DNA of 63,616 nucleotides, filler included, from Octopus bimaculoides (taxonomy: Eukaryota): NCBI RefSeq assembly GCF_001194135.2. It is 5 parts of 5 records of this genome, joined end to end, with 100 filler letters (N's around TTAATTAATTAA, not from the genome) between each part and the next. Parts side by side here need not be neighbours in the genome. Positions count along the whole stretch, not along the records: positions 1 to 25,046 come from NC_068983.1; positions 25,147 to 46,047 come from NC_068988.1; 3 more parts are not named here. One strand, 5' to 3'. Shown piece after piece: positions 24,418 to 37,412 of the stretch (positions are counted from its first letter, which is position 1; the number at the start of each line of letters is the position of its first letter). The notes under the pieces were generated by a model. The model was not told the DNA's origin, searched no databases, and saw nothing but the letters and a program-made list of their open reading frames with translations. Position numbers and translations under genes: made by a program.

Positions 24418-24890
24418 AGGGTAAGATCCAATGATCAAGGTGTATGAAATACGTGAGATTCAAGCAATCCGTAGAAAATATAAAAAGCAACTTTCAAGAA
24501 CAATAGTGGTTTATTGTTGTGGAAGGTCGTGTATTTTTCCCGTATCAAAGTACGATAAGCTGAAGAAAATTAATTTACAGTTCACAGTGACAAGTGGGGT
24601 TGTCGGGTAAGCGAATAAAAACCCCTAAATTAAGGAATAGCCTAGATAAAATAAAAGGAATAGCCTAGATAAAATACATATGTTTCAGAGCGAGCAGAAT
24701 CTCGGAAGTAGTAATTATCCAAGCTAGGTGTACAGCGCAGGCTACTCTTCAGGCCAATTATCTATACTATAAAAGGCATATTATATAAATTTTTCTGAAT
24801 TTTACATTGCCGTTTGAAGGTCCATGTAAACACCTAGAGGATTAGATCAAAATACGTTGAAGGCACAGTTTGAATGGGGAATATAACTGT

Positions 24891-24961
<71 letters not shown>

Positions 24962-25090
24962 GATAGATATGTTTCTTTATTAGCCACACAGGGCTCAACA
25001 TAGAGGGAACAAAATACAAATGTAGAGTTTTTTTTCTTTTCGAGGGNNNNNNNNNNNNNNNNNNNNNNNNNNNNNNNNNNNNNNNNNNNN

Positions 25091-25102
25091 TTAATTAATT
25101 AA
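25091..25102. other. artificial assembly spacer TTAATTAATTAA (also at 46092-46103, 59949-59960, 62135-62146)
   Basis: An identical 12-mer with stops in all six frames, embedded in N runs four times. Confidence 0.9.
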
Positions 25103-25146
25103 NNNNNNNNNNNNNNNNNNNNNNNNNNNNNNNNNNNNNNNNNNNN

Positions 25147-25214
<68 letters not shown>

Positions 25215-25304
25215 CATATACAGATATACATAGACATACATACGTACATACATATTTATGTACACATACACATATATGCATACAGACACACACACACACA
25301 TAGC

Positions 25305-25335
<31 letters not shown>

Positions 25336-26091
25336 TGTATGCATGTAAGAATATGATCGTGTATGTGTTTGTATGCATGCATATGTGACTAATATATATA
25401 TATATATCACATATATAANNNNNNNNNNATAGAGAGAGAGAGAGATAGAGAGAGAGAGAGATAGAGAGAGAGAGAGACAGTGTGTGTGTGTGTGTGTGTG
25501 TGTGTGCATATGTGTATTTGTATATACATAGATATAATATTTATGTATGTACGTATGTATGTATGAATGTATGCATGTAAATATGTATGTATGTATGTAT
25601 GTATGAATGTATGCGTGTGTCTATGTGTGCATGTTTATATGTATGTATGTACTATCATACCATGTGTATATGGATGGATAGAAGTATGTGTATTTGTGCG
25701 TACTTATGTATGTATATATGTATGTATATATGTACGAACGTACGTATGTATGTATGTTTCTATTATACCATTGTGTTTGTTTTGATCCATTGTTATGGAG
25801 GTTGGTAGTTGGCTGGTTGGTTCGCTGGCTAGTTGGTTGGTTGGTCGGTCGGTCGATTGGTTCATTCTTTCGTTTCATTCGTTCTTTAATTTATTTATTT
25901 ATTTATTTATTTTTCCATCGGTTGTGTCAACCCAATCACTTAATCTTAGTGCGAGTGTATATGTGCGTAAGTTGTATAAACGAAATATATATGAATATGT
26001 AAAATGTCAGATATGTGTATGCACTCAAACCTTAATATGTATACATACATGTGTGTGTGTGTTTGTCATTTCATTTGAGTATGTATCTGTA

Positions 26092-26142
<51 letters not shown>

Positions 26143-29100
26143 NNNNNNNNNNNNNNNNNNNNNNNNNNNNNNNNNNNNNNNNNNNNNNNNNNNNNNNNNN
26201 NNNNNNNNNNNNNNNNNNNNNNNNNNNNNNNNNNNNNNNNNNNNNNNNNNNNNNNNNNNNNNNNNNNNNNNNNNNNNNNNNNNNNNNNNNNNNNNNNNNN
26301 NNNNNNNNNNNNNNNNNNNNNNNNNNNNNNNNNNNNNNNNNNNNNNNNNNNNNNNNNNNNNNNNNNNNNNNNNNNNNNNNNNNNNNNNNNNNNNNNNNNN
26401 NNNNNNNNNNNNNNNNNNNNNNNNNNNNNNNNNNNNNNNNNNNNNNNNNNNNNNNNNNNNNNNNNNNNNNNNNNNNNNNNNNNNNNNNNNNNNNNNNNNN
26501 NNNNNNNNNNNNNNNNNNNNNNNNNNNNNNNNNNNNNNNNNNNNNNNNNNNNNNNNNNNNNNNNNNNNNNNNNNNNNNNNNNNNNNNNNNNNNNNNNNNN
26601 NNNNNNNNNNNNNNNNNNNNNNNNNNNNNNNNNNNNNNNNNNNNNNNNNNNNNNNNNNNNNNNNNNNNNNNNNNNNNNNNNNNNNNNNNNNNNNNNNNNN
26701 NNNNNNNNNNNNNNNNNNNNNNNNNNNNNNNNNNNNNNNNNNNNNNNNNNNNNNNNNNNNNNNNNNNNNNNNNNNNNNNNNNNNNNNNNNNNNNNNNNNN
26801 NNNNNNNNNNNNNNNNNNNNNNNNNNNNAAATATACACATATATATATGTATATATATATATGTATATATGTATATATGTATGTAAATATGTATGTATGT
26901 ATAAATTATATATATCATATATAAATATATTACATATATATATAAACATAGCATTTTGCTCTTCTTTTCTTTTTTCTCTTCCTTGTCTTTCTAGTTGTTG
27001 TTGTTGTTATTGTTCCACCTATCAACCTCACACCAATTCCTCTCTAATTAATTTCCTAGAATACGCAATAAACGTATTGCTTCTTTTGGTATTTGCTTCA
27101 TTCATCCGTCGATACACGCACACGGACCCTCTCTCTCTTTTTCTCAATCTCTCTCTCTCTCTTTTTCCTACACACGCACGCACACCCCACACTATCCTTT
27201 CCACACGCACACACAAACTTGTATACATGCGTACATACAAATATACATAGATATATGTACATATACATATATACATATACATACATATATGTGTGTGTAT
27301 ATGTGTTTATATATATATATATATATATATATATNNNNNNNNNNNNNNNNNNNNNNNNNNNNNNNNNNNNNNNNNNNNNNNNNNNNNNNNNNNNNNNNNN
27401 NNNNNNNNNNNNNNNNNNNNNNNNNNNNNNNNNNNNNNNNNNNNNNNNNNNNNNNNNNNNNNNNNNNNNNNNNNNNNNNNNNNNNNNNNNNNNNNNNNNN
27501 NNNNNNNNNNNNNNNNNNNNNNNNNNNNNNNNNNNNNNNNNNNNNNNNNNNNNNNNNNNNNNNNNNNNNNNNNNNNNNNNNNNNNNNNNNNNNNNNNNNN
27601 NNNNNNNNNNNNNNNNNNNNNNNNNNNCTCTCTCTCTTTTTCTCAATCTCTCTCTCTCTCTTTTTCCTACACACGCACGCACACCCCACACTATCCTTTC
27701 CACACGCACACACAAACTTGTATACATGCGTACATACAAATATACATAGATATATGTACATATAAACTCACTTCTTCATTTCACTTCTGTATTGCACTGC
27801 ATGACGCTCCTGTCTCGTACGGTTTCAAAAGCCTATCAAGATTTTTTTTCTCTGAGAAGAGGTTGCAAGCCCTTCACTAAATCCCTTCTGAATTACTGGA
27901 GAAAGGGACTTCACTACGCAAACTAACCTGTTCCTTGAAAGGAAGACAGAAAAAGAGTGTGAGCGACGGAGGGAATGTGTGTGAAAGATATGGATATATC
28001 ACAATGTATTTATCTTAAAGAGATGAAACTTAACATTGACTAATTGAGTCGTTTTAAGGAGTATTTGTTTGACTATTTGACGCAACAATACCGAATAGTT
28101 AACTTTATATAGCATGTGTCCTGTCTCTTCAATTCTTCAGGTCACACCTACCACCATCTCAACGTTTGTGGTTTAGTACAATACCAGGGATCTTTCTTCC
28201 CTACAAGTACCGTGAACGACAGCTAGTTTCCCCGGTCAAACAATATAAAGCTAGTTGGGATTAATAACTGTGTTGTTTTCCTCTAAAAATACCACCTTCC
28301 ACCTTAATAGTCTCACACACCGAGAAACACCAGCACAATCACTTGACACGTCCACTACTCCAGATACGCAAGCACAAATACTATTATGCTCTGTTCTCAA
28401 CATCCATACTGCAAATAACAGTTGCATCTATTCATGAGGATACAACACATACACACACACATACTCATACATACACTCACACACGCACTCATACATGTAC
28501 ATACAGACACGCGCACATACACACACACACTCGTTCAGTATGCACACATACATACTTAACATGCTCACGCATCCTTAAAAATTCCCATGCCCACCTCAGT
28601 TATGTATCAAACTTTCGCTATTTTGGCTGTAGACATTCTACATGCTTCTGCTCTACCATACTGCCATTCACTATTTTTCTCCGTTAAAAATCAATCCTGA
28701 TATTTTCATTTAACATTCATTACCTCGCAATTCTTTTCTCTACTTAACGAAAGACCACAGTCCGAAACGTTATAATCATATTGATTTACTCATCTCTCAA
28801 CTCCTCAAGCATACCAAATAAACAAGTGAGCACTAACATGTTTATTAAACGACAGATCATCAACCAATGAAATTTCTAATCGGTATTAGGAGCATTTAAA
28901 AAATGTAAAATAAGTTCTGTTGTTTTTTCTTCTTGATTATTTCTGACCTTTCAACAAGTGTCTTCATTACTGCTAAATTACTGATCTCTATAAATTTCGA
29001 TAAAATTCGATATTTAACATAGATTGATATAGTTATAAATTTATATCTTTGTTTTGACAATCATTATAGGATAAACTTCTTTCATTCGTCGAGTATGCAA

Positions 29101-29178
29101 ATTTCTGTGTATTCTATCTTCCTGTCAATGTGTTGACCACTGTCTCAATTTGATTTATCCTTTTCTGTTTCTGTTGAA

Positions 29179-29220
<42 letters not shown>

Positions 29221-29332
29221 NNNNNNNNNNNNNNNNNNNNNNNNNNNNNNNNNNNNNNNNNNNNNNNNNNNNNNNNNNNNNAGCTTAAGATTACTGTTAC
29301 CGTGATTATAGTTGTCTCTATATATTAATTAT

Positions 29333-29399
29333 TTCTTCTTCTTCTTCTTCTTCTTCTTCTTCTTCTTCTTCTTCTTCTTCTTCTTCTTCTTCTTCTTCT
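29333..29399. repeat. (CTT)n microsatellite
   Basis: Direct reading. Confidence 0.95.
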
Positions 29400-30639
29400 C
29401 TGAAATCTTGCATTGACCTTCACTAATATGCTGTTTTCCTTTCAGTTACTTTCCCTGAATCATAATTAGCTGGATCTCCATTATTTACACCTAATATTCT
29501 ATTAGTTCTGTAATAATTAATCGGAGGACTTTAATCAAAATGAATTAACTAAATGAATAAATGGAGCTGGAATTTATTAACCATTTCACTTCTTAATGTA
29601 CTAAGCAATATAACACAGTAAATTGTCCTTTTGGGACAACGATGGTACCTATCTTAAAACGTGTTTTTTATTCTGTCAAATATCACGCTTGACTCCTGCT
29701 ATCAGCCGGTATACAAGCATGTTTTGCCAACACTTGTCTTTATGAGCGAGAGCGCTAAGTCTAATGACATCTTTAAAATAGAAAATTTTTAAATATATTC
29801 TTTAACTTACAGTGTCATTCTCCTATCCACTCTCCTGATTGACAGATTGTAGTTCCACTCGCTTTACATTTCTTAAATGTTGGCAGTTCTAATTAGACAT
29901 TTCACTTATTGATGACCTGTTGATTAACCAGCATGTCGCTGCTCACTTGTTTATTTGTTAAGCTTGGAGAGTCGATAGTTGCGTAACATATTACATGATC
30001 ATATGGATGTTGTGCATATTGTATACCTGACTGAACCATGTGTACGTCACCATAAAGACTCGTAACTAAATGATTGTAACAGTATCAGATAACTCACTAG
30101 TTAAGGTTCCATTCATCATTGGATGCTTTTTAATACTATTGGATTTCCAAACAACAGTGTACATCCCTCTATCGATATATTCTATGTTATGATAATGAAT
30201 TACTTAACTGTTTCATTTGGTAGATTAAGTGAACTAACGTCCTACTTTTTGTCTAATATGGACAGTAAAACAAATATTCGTCATACTCTTGTCCACTTGC
30301 AGCATATCTGTTTCCCTGAAGAATGTTTTATGTTTACATGTTAGTATATTTTGGGCTATATTACAAGATTATATAAATGTGCAAGGTTTTTATGTCTTCC
30401 TCTCTCGCCGATGAAGGTACACGAGTGGTGGCTATTTGCTTTGTGCCCAACACAGGTAGATGCAATTTAAATCTTGTGCTGGAAACTCAGTGCATTGAAT
30501 CCGAGGATTATTATAAATGGATTCTATATCTCTTATTCAATCTTTTTTCTTTCTCAGTTTGCTTCCCAACCACATTATCCCGGCTTGAGTCCCACTGTTT
30601 GGCACTTTGGGAAAGCATCTTGTACTTAAGTTGCGATTC

Positions 30640-31140
30640 TACGAAAGCCTTCGTACACAGAAGCTGGAAGAAGCCCGTTAGCCAAAAAGAAAATACCTAC
30701 GCTGAACTATTGAGAAATCTACAGCTACTCTACCCAGATTACAAGTTCAGGTTTATACCTGTAATTATTGGCGCACTGAGATATGTAACACACTGCATAA
30801 GTACCAATCTTGAGAAATTAGGCATTCCAAAACCAGAAATGAGAAAGCTGATTCGAAGACTACAGATCCAGTCCATCACTGGAACTGTAAAGATTTGTAA
30901 AACTTTCCAGAGCTTTATCATTTAAGTATATATGTGCACGTCTAGACATGCAACGATATGCATGAGAATACATACATAAATCAAAACATACAATCTGCAC
31001 TTGCAGTGGCTCCAAATACTGCCCATATATACAAATATGTGCAAAAATACTCTGTTGGTGCTGTTGAAATTCCAATGAAGGAGCCTTGGATCTAGGTTAG
31101 AAACCGACTCATTCTCTATTGACAAGAAGTCTTGAAATGA
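30640..31140 (+). mobile_element. RLE-type LINE 3' end (a distinct R4-like family) with 3' UTR
   Basis: QKENTYAELLRNLQLLYPDYKFRFIPVIIGALRYV...SITGTVKICKTFQSFII*. Confidence 0.75.
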
Positions 31141-31162
31141 ATAATGATATACATACATATAT

Positions 31163-31233
<71 letters not shown>

Positions 31234-31617
31234 NNNNNNNNNNNNNNNNNNNNNNNNNNNNNNNNNNNNNNNNNNNNNNNNNNNNNNNNNNNNNNNNNNN
31301 NNNNNNNNNNNNNNNNNNNNNNNNNNNNNNNNNNNNNNNNNNNNNNNNNNNNNNNNNNNNNNNNNNNNNNNNNNNNNNNNNNNNNNNNNNNNNNNNNNNN
31401 NNNNNNNNNNNNNNNNNNNNNNNNNNNNNNNNNNNNNNNNNNNNNNNNNNNNNNNNNNNNNNNNNNNNNNNNNNNNNNNNNNNNNNNNNNNNNNNNNNNN
31501 NNNNNNNNNNNNNNNNNNNNNNNNNNNNNNNNNNNNNNNNNNNNNNNNNNNNNNNNNNNNNNNNNNNNNNNNNNNNNNNNNNNNNNNNNNNATATATATA
31601 CATATATATACATATAC

Positions 31618-31688
<71 letters not shown>

Positions 31689-32679
31689 TTTGTGCTTGTT
31701 CCGCACCACCGCTTGACAACCGGTGTTGATATATTTGCGTCTACGTAACGGTTCGGCATAAAGTGATAGATAAAATAGGCCAATAAAAATTAAATAAATA
31801 AATAAATAAATAAGCAGAGTCGATTTGTCCGACAAAATCCGTCAAGACGGCGCCCTACTATGGCCACAGTCTAATGAAAGAAGAAAGTAAAAGAGAAACA
31901 ATATATTTTGCATCATTTAGACTGTACATAATAGCACCAATTTTAAGCATTGAGAGCTTTCTCCGTTACATAAACTAACGTTTGCACCGTGATATATTTG
32001 ATTTGCCTCTTGAGAATATACCAGTGTCTGGGATCTTATGTATATCTCTGAGACAAGTGGAAAAATTATTCCCCATATGGAGGACCTCGTCGAAATGCAT
32101 GCAGAAGCGAGAACGTCTGTGAAAGCACTCAAAGACAAAGTTAAGGTGATAAAACGTGCAACGGTTTAAATTAGCCATTTTTTTTTTCACACTTCAATCA
32201 ATTTCAACACATACAATACAATTTTCTGCAAAATAAAATTAAAACATCAAATGCGATATACGTCTCGTCGAGCTCAGTAACGATAGAGATTGGGAAAAAT
32301 TGATGGTATTAAAAAAAAGAAAACACCGCCCAGTAGATTATTGGCCAATGTAAAGAGATTAGTGATTGACATAAAGCTGGCTTCAGATAACAGTGTAAAA
32401 CTGATCGACGAGAAATTTATTGGATTTTGTTTTCAGAACAATAGATTTTCTACATACATAGAGGCATATAAACATACATACATACAGACAGACAAATAGA
32501 CAGACAGAAAACATCTGTGTGTGTGTGTGTGTATGTGTGTGTATGTGCGTGTGCGTACATAAACATTTATATATAGATACATATACATATATCTGGTATA
32601 ATTAACTAAAGAACTATATGCGTATGTATATATGTATTTATGTATATGTATAAACACGCACACCCACGCTCATACACAA

Positions 32680-32742
<63 letters not shown>

Positions 32743-33012
32743 TGCGAATTTTTCATGTGTGAATATATACTGAGAATATATATATATATATNNNNNNNNN
32801 NNNNNNNNNNNNNNNNNNNNNNNNNNNNNNNNNNNNNNNNNNNNNNNNNNNNNNNNNNNNNNNNNNNNNNNNNNNNNNNNNNNNNNNNNNNNNNNNNNNN
32901 NNNNNNNNNNNNNNNNNNNNNNNNNNNNNNNNNNNNNNNNNNNNNNNNNNNNNNNNNNNNNNNNNNNNNNNNNNNNNNNNNNNNNNNNNNNNNNNNNNNN
33001 NNNNNNNNNATA

Positions 33013-34247
33013 TTGGGTCATCCCATAAATAATGCGCGTTTTTTTTATGCGTCTTTTAATTTTTCAAAATTAAGATAAGCAAAGTTCTTTTTTTAAATTT
33101 AACATATACTCTCCTTCATTCTCTACATCGCTCTTACATCTATCTGGTAGACTTACCAGGCCCCTTTTCCAAACTTCATTTGTCTATGAAGAAAAATACT
33201 TCTCCAGTACTGTTCTGACTTCGTCTACTGAATTCATATTTTTTCCGTCCAAATGATTTTGAAGACTGCGGAATAAATGATAATCAGATAATCAGATGAA
33301 GGAATGTCCGGCGAATATGGTGGGTGGGGCATCGTTTCCCCTTCAAACTGCTCCAGCCTTTGGAATGTCATCCTCGCTGTATGTGACCGAGCATTATACT
33401 GGAAGAACATCTTTCGTCTTAAAACCAAAGATGGTCGTTTTTCTTCAAACGCTGGCTCATGCTGCTCGCAGTAGATCTTTGTTATCGTTTGGTTTTGGTT
33501 TAAAAGTTCAAAGTGGACGAAACCTTTCATATCCCACCAAACAGATACCAACCTTCTTTAGCCTGGGGTGCCGGTGTTTCTCTTTTACCTACCCCCTGTC
33601 TTCGGCACTTGACATTTTTATAGAAAACCCATTTCTCGTCACCAGTCACTATTCGGTCCAAAAAGGGTTCATTCGTGAAACGTAACAGCAAAGAAAAACA
33701 CACAATCACTCTCTGTGCGCGATTAGACTCGGAAAGTTTGTGAGGAACCCATTGACCCAATTTGCTGACTTTTCCGATGGCACGCATGTGTCGATGAATG
33801 GTTGAATGACCTAATCCAAGCTTCTCTGCTAGTTCCTCAACAGTTACCAAGGGATTTTGTTCCTACAGATTGTCCAGGACGAGGCTTGGCGTCTTGGCTC
33901 TAGTTTCTGGCTCGGAATTTCTGGTACCATCATTGACACTAGCTTACCCTTATCGTCTGATCCCCATATATACTGCATCAACATTTCTTGCCCTTTCCGT
34001 TGCGTTGTTGCCTTTATTGAACTCATAATGCAAAATATGCCGAATATGCTCCTTTGTCACTTCCATTGTAGCTTTGATAAAATAACTGTTAAAATCGAAC
34101 TGTACTCTTCAAACTTTCCACATAAGGGGAACAGAGTAAAATTACTACCTGCTTTTATAGCAAGTTGATGCAGGTAGTTTATCCCGTCCTCCTCTGACTT
34201 TTAGTTCATGCATTTGAAAAAACCGCATTATTTATGGGATGACCCAA
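33013..34247 (-). mobile_element. full-length decayed mariner, 1235 bp
   Basis: TIR TTGGGTCATCCCATAAATAATGCG at both ends, with TA at 33011-33012 and 34248-34249. Transposase remnants MEVTKEHIRHILHYEF, GQWVPHKLS, IVTGDEKWVFY and HPPYSPDIPSSDY, with frameshifts and stops. Confidence 0.95.
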
Positions 34248-34253
34248 TATAAA

Positions 34254-34428
34254 TATTCTTTTATTCTTTTATTTGTTGCAGTCATTTGACTGCGGCCATG
34301 CTGGAGCACAGCCTTTAGTCGAACAAATCGACCCCAAAACTTATTCTTTGTAAGCCTAGTACTTATTCTGTCGGTTTCTTTTCCTGAGCCGCAAATTTAC
34401 GTGGACGCAAACACACCAACATCGGTTG
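34254..34428 (-). mobile_element. family A SINE 3' half
   Basis: Matches the family A tail. Confidence 0.85.
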
Positions 34429-34453
34429 GCTATTCACAATATCAGTGTATGTA

Positions 34454-34723
34454 TCCTGTTGTGTCTGGGGAGAGTCATTTTCTTTTTGTGCCTTATAATT
34501 TAACATACTCACCGGTAAAATTTCCGCATATTTCTTTCTTTTATTTTTCTAAACTTTTCGTTGCGGCTTGCAACCTTTCCAATAGTCAAAACTATTAAAC
34601 AGGTTGCAAGACGCAACGAAACTTTTAGGAAAATAAAAATAAGAAATAAGTGGAAATTTTACGGGTGAGTGTGTTAAATTATAAGGCACAAAAAGAAAAT
34701 GACTCTCCCCAGACACAATAGAA
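34454..34723. mobile_element. palindromic (foldback) MITE, 270 bp
   Basis: Two ~133-bp inverted arms around a CAAA loop at 34587-34590; TA on both flanks. Confidence 0.85.
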
Positions 34724-35118
34724 TATGCTTCAACACACGAACTGACAAAAAGAATCTTGCAACCCAAATCCATAAACGAAGTGCATGTATCATTCTCTGT
34801 TTTCTATATATCAGAGGCGACGAATTTTGTCTAGGCACTTAGCTACGAGTACATATCATTGACAAGGCCCAATAAAATCGAAATGCATCTGGCGTTCTTG
34901 GTTGTAGGTGACGGGATTATTTTTGTCTCTCACCGGTATATATAGTATTTTTAATGCAGCGCATCTATAAGAGATTTCAGTATCTTTCCTATCCATCATG
35001 TATATGCTTTAAATATAATATATAGATGGCTATTTAATTTAATGCTGCTTCTACTGTGTATAGTAGATATGCGTGTGCGCGTGTGCGTGTTTTTAAAGAG
35101 CGAGAAAGAGATGGCAGG

Positions 35119-35170
<52 letters not shown>

Positions 35171-35744
35171 CGTTTATTTCTAACAAGGGAGATATGCGGG
35201 GAGTACGGACCACACAAGATGTTCGCTTAATTCACGTATATTGCGGTAGCCGAAGGTGTGTTACTTTTAAGGAAGGAAGGCCAATTTAGCTACCGCACAG
35301 GTCAACCAAAACCCATGCAACGTTACTTAGCAACAGAAACACACTTTTGAGTCTCTTCTTAGCTCTCAGTTATAAAGCACTAAATACGATGGCTGATGGG
35401 TTATCTCCCATGTCGTCATGTCCACATAAAAAACAACACCTCTAGAAGCTGTAATTTCCCGAATGGACTAATGCAACGGTATACTTCACAACTGCTATAT
35501 TTTAACATATCTTCATGGGTTTATTTTTCACGCCCTACTAGAAATGCTAACCAATTTGTCTGCAAATCCCACTCTCAAATACAGATGATGTTATAGGAAT
35601 CTCTTCCCATTATTTCAAACTTGCATCAATAACCTACAAAAAATCCAATTAAAAATACTAGAAATAACACTAATTAAAGACACCAATTATTTTTTACGAG
35701 AAACACTAAAGAACATCAAATACAACCGCCTCATACAATACCGA

Positions 35745-36440
35745 CTCTTATGTTGATAACACGATTCTGCCTTCCTTCTTAACCTTTTCCAACCATGCAT
35801 CATCGACATGCAACCTACAAACAACACGTCAAACTAATATTGGCTCCGTAAACGAAGACCTCGACAACATCTAGTGGGGCCATGACAACTTTGTCTCTTT
35901 CAACATGAAAATACCTCGCGTATTACTCATATCAAGAAAACACTACCACATCAAACCTCCACTGATCATGAGCAGCACTCAGCTAGATCCCTCATAGTTG
36001 CTCCAAATAGTGAGCTTCAATATCGCAAAGGATTTCTCCAGTTGACAGTACATCCTTATCATAGTTATGGCTGCATCCCGATGGCTAGCCCTTATCTTTA
36101 GAACAAGAACATATTCCGTTCCCTTCCCAGATGATTTTGGTATTCTAAAAAGTTCAAGTGAAGCACACGATGTTGTACTGCATCCACCTCTGGGACGGTA
36201 CTGCTGTTACGCACACATACATCTTGGACCCTGTCAAGAGAAGGGTCACGCGACTGACTGACATTCAATCACTAACAGACACATTACAGCTTCTGTTCCT
36301 CAAAGCTTGCTGGTCTCGTACTCCTAGCGCTCAGGCATTTCCGGCCTCCGTCTCCGTGCCCTTGTTGTACTCATCCCACCCTAGGTCCACGCACTAACCA
36401 CTGAACTCTCTTCTCTTATGCCTTTCTTGCAGTTGTTGGA
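35745..36440 (+). mobile_element. CR1/L2-group LINE RT C-terminal fragment, decayed
   Basis: SYVDNTIL...NEDLDNI*WGHDNFVSFN and YCIHLWDG...LDPVKRRVTRLTD..SLTDTLQ remnants. Confidence 0.55.
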
Positions 36441-36748
36441 CTACAACAGTTTAAACGGAATATTACGGGCGTAAAAATGACTGAATCTCGGAGAGCCATC
36501 GTGAGTCATGGGCACTATCCCCAACTCCAGATACAACAAAATAACCCATTACAGTCTCGTCATAAGTATATCAAATACATTCCTTACCACTAGACATCAC
36601 TGTCTCGAGTCCTAGGAATCATAGAGACAGGTTATCCGGTTTCGGGTTGAGTCCCACAACACGATATCTGGAACAATGCCTTCTACGGTCCTAGACCGAC
36701 CAATACCTTGTAATTGAATCTGGTACACGGAATCTACGTGGAAGCCAG

Positions 36749-36802
<54 letters not shown>

Positions 36803-37008
36803 ATAAATATAACAAGCGAATTATTAACCTAGAAAATCTCTATAAGAGACAAAAGCAGTAACTATGCTGAGAAGTAATGATTATCGCCACTTAAACATAC
36901 CTGTTTCATAGGAAGCGATGTTACTGCTATTTCTAACCCCCAGGAGGATGCAATCTGTACCCGATTTACATTGCAAGCAGAGGGGTGAACCCCTACCATC
37001 TTCCAACC

Positions 37009-37071
37009 ACGAGACCACCAGACCGTATGGTTTCGACCTCCTTGTGGTCATCCTCGGTGATGGATACTCGT
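37009..37071 (-). ncRNA. type I hammerhead ribozyme fold, copy 1
   Basis: ACGAG UAU CCAUCA CCGAGGA U GACC acaagga GGUC GAAA CC auac GG UC/ UGGUGG U CUCGU. All three helices pair; the core differs from consensus by U4C. Confidence 0.7.
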
Positions 37072-37349
37072 CCACTAGAGACAGCAGTAGTTCATTCCAG
37101 TTCGCAACATATAGAGAACAAGCGACATACAATCACTGACCTTGCAACAAGCAAACTAGCTAGTAGGAAATTCTCTATAAGAAATGAAAGGAGTAACTAT
37201 ACTGAGAAATAATGCTTATCGCCACTTAAACATGGTTGTTCCGTAAGAATCGATGCTATTGTTATTTTTAACCCAGGAGAACGCTTTCTCCAGCTGGGTA
37301 CTCGATATATATTGCAAGCAGGAGAGTGAACCCCTACCATCTTCCAGCT

Positions 37350-37412
37350 ACGAGACCACCAGACCGTACGGTTTCGACCTCTTTGTGGTCAACATCGGTA
37401 TTGGATACTTGT
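37350..37412 (-). ncRNA. type I hammerhead ribozyme fold, copy 2 (more decayed)
   Basis: ACAAG UAU CCAAUA CCGAUGU U GACC acaaaga GGUC GAAA CCGUACGG UC/ UGGUGG U CUCGU. Palindromic helix III; core has U4C and A9U. Confidence 0.6.

Noticed and set aside
27129-27763. Identical ~135-bp direct repeat (27129-27265 and 27628-27763)
   Set aside because: It flanks an N gap exactly, typical of unmerged overlapping contig ends.
31995-32170. Protein-like frame EYTSVWDLMYISETSGKIIPHMEDLVEMHAEARTSVKALKDKVKVIKRATV*
   Set aside because: Short, with no recognisable domain, and its phase and content do not fit the aminopeptidase.
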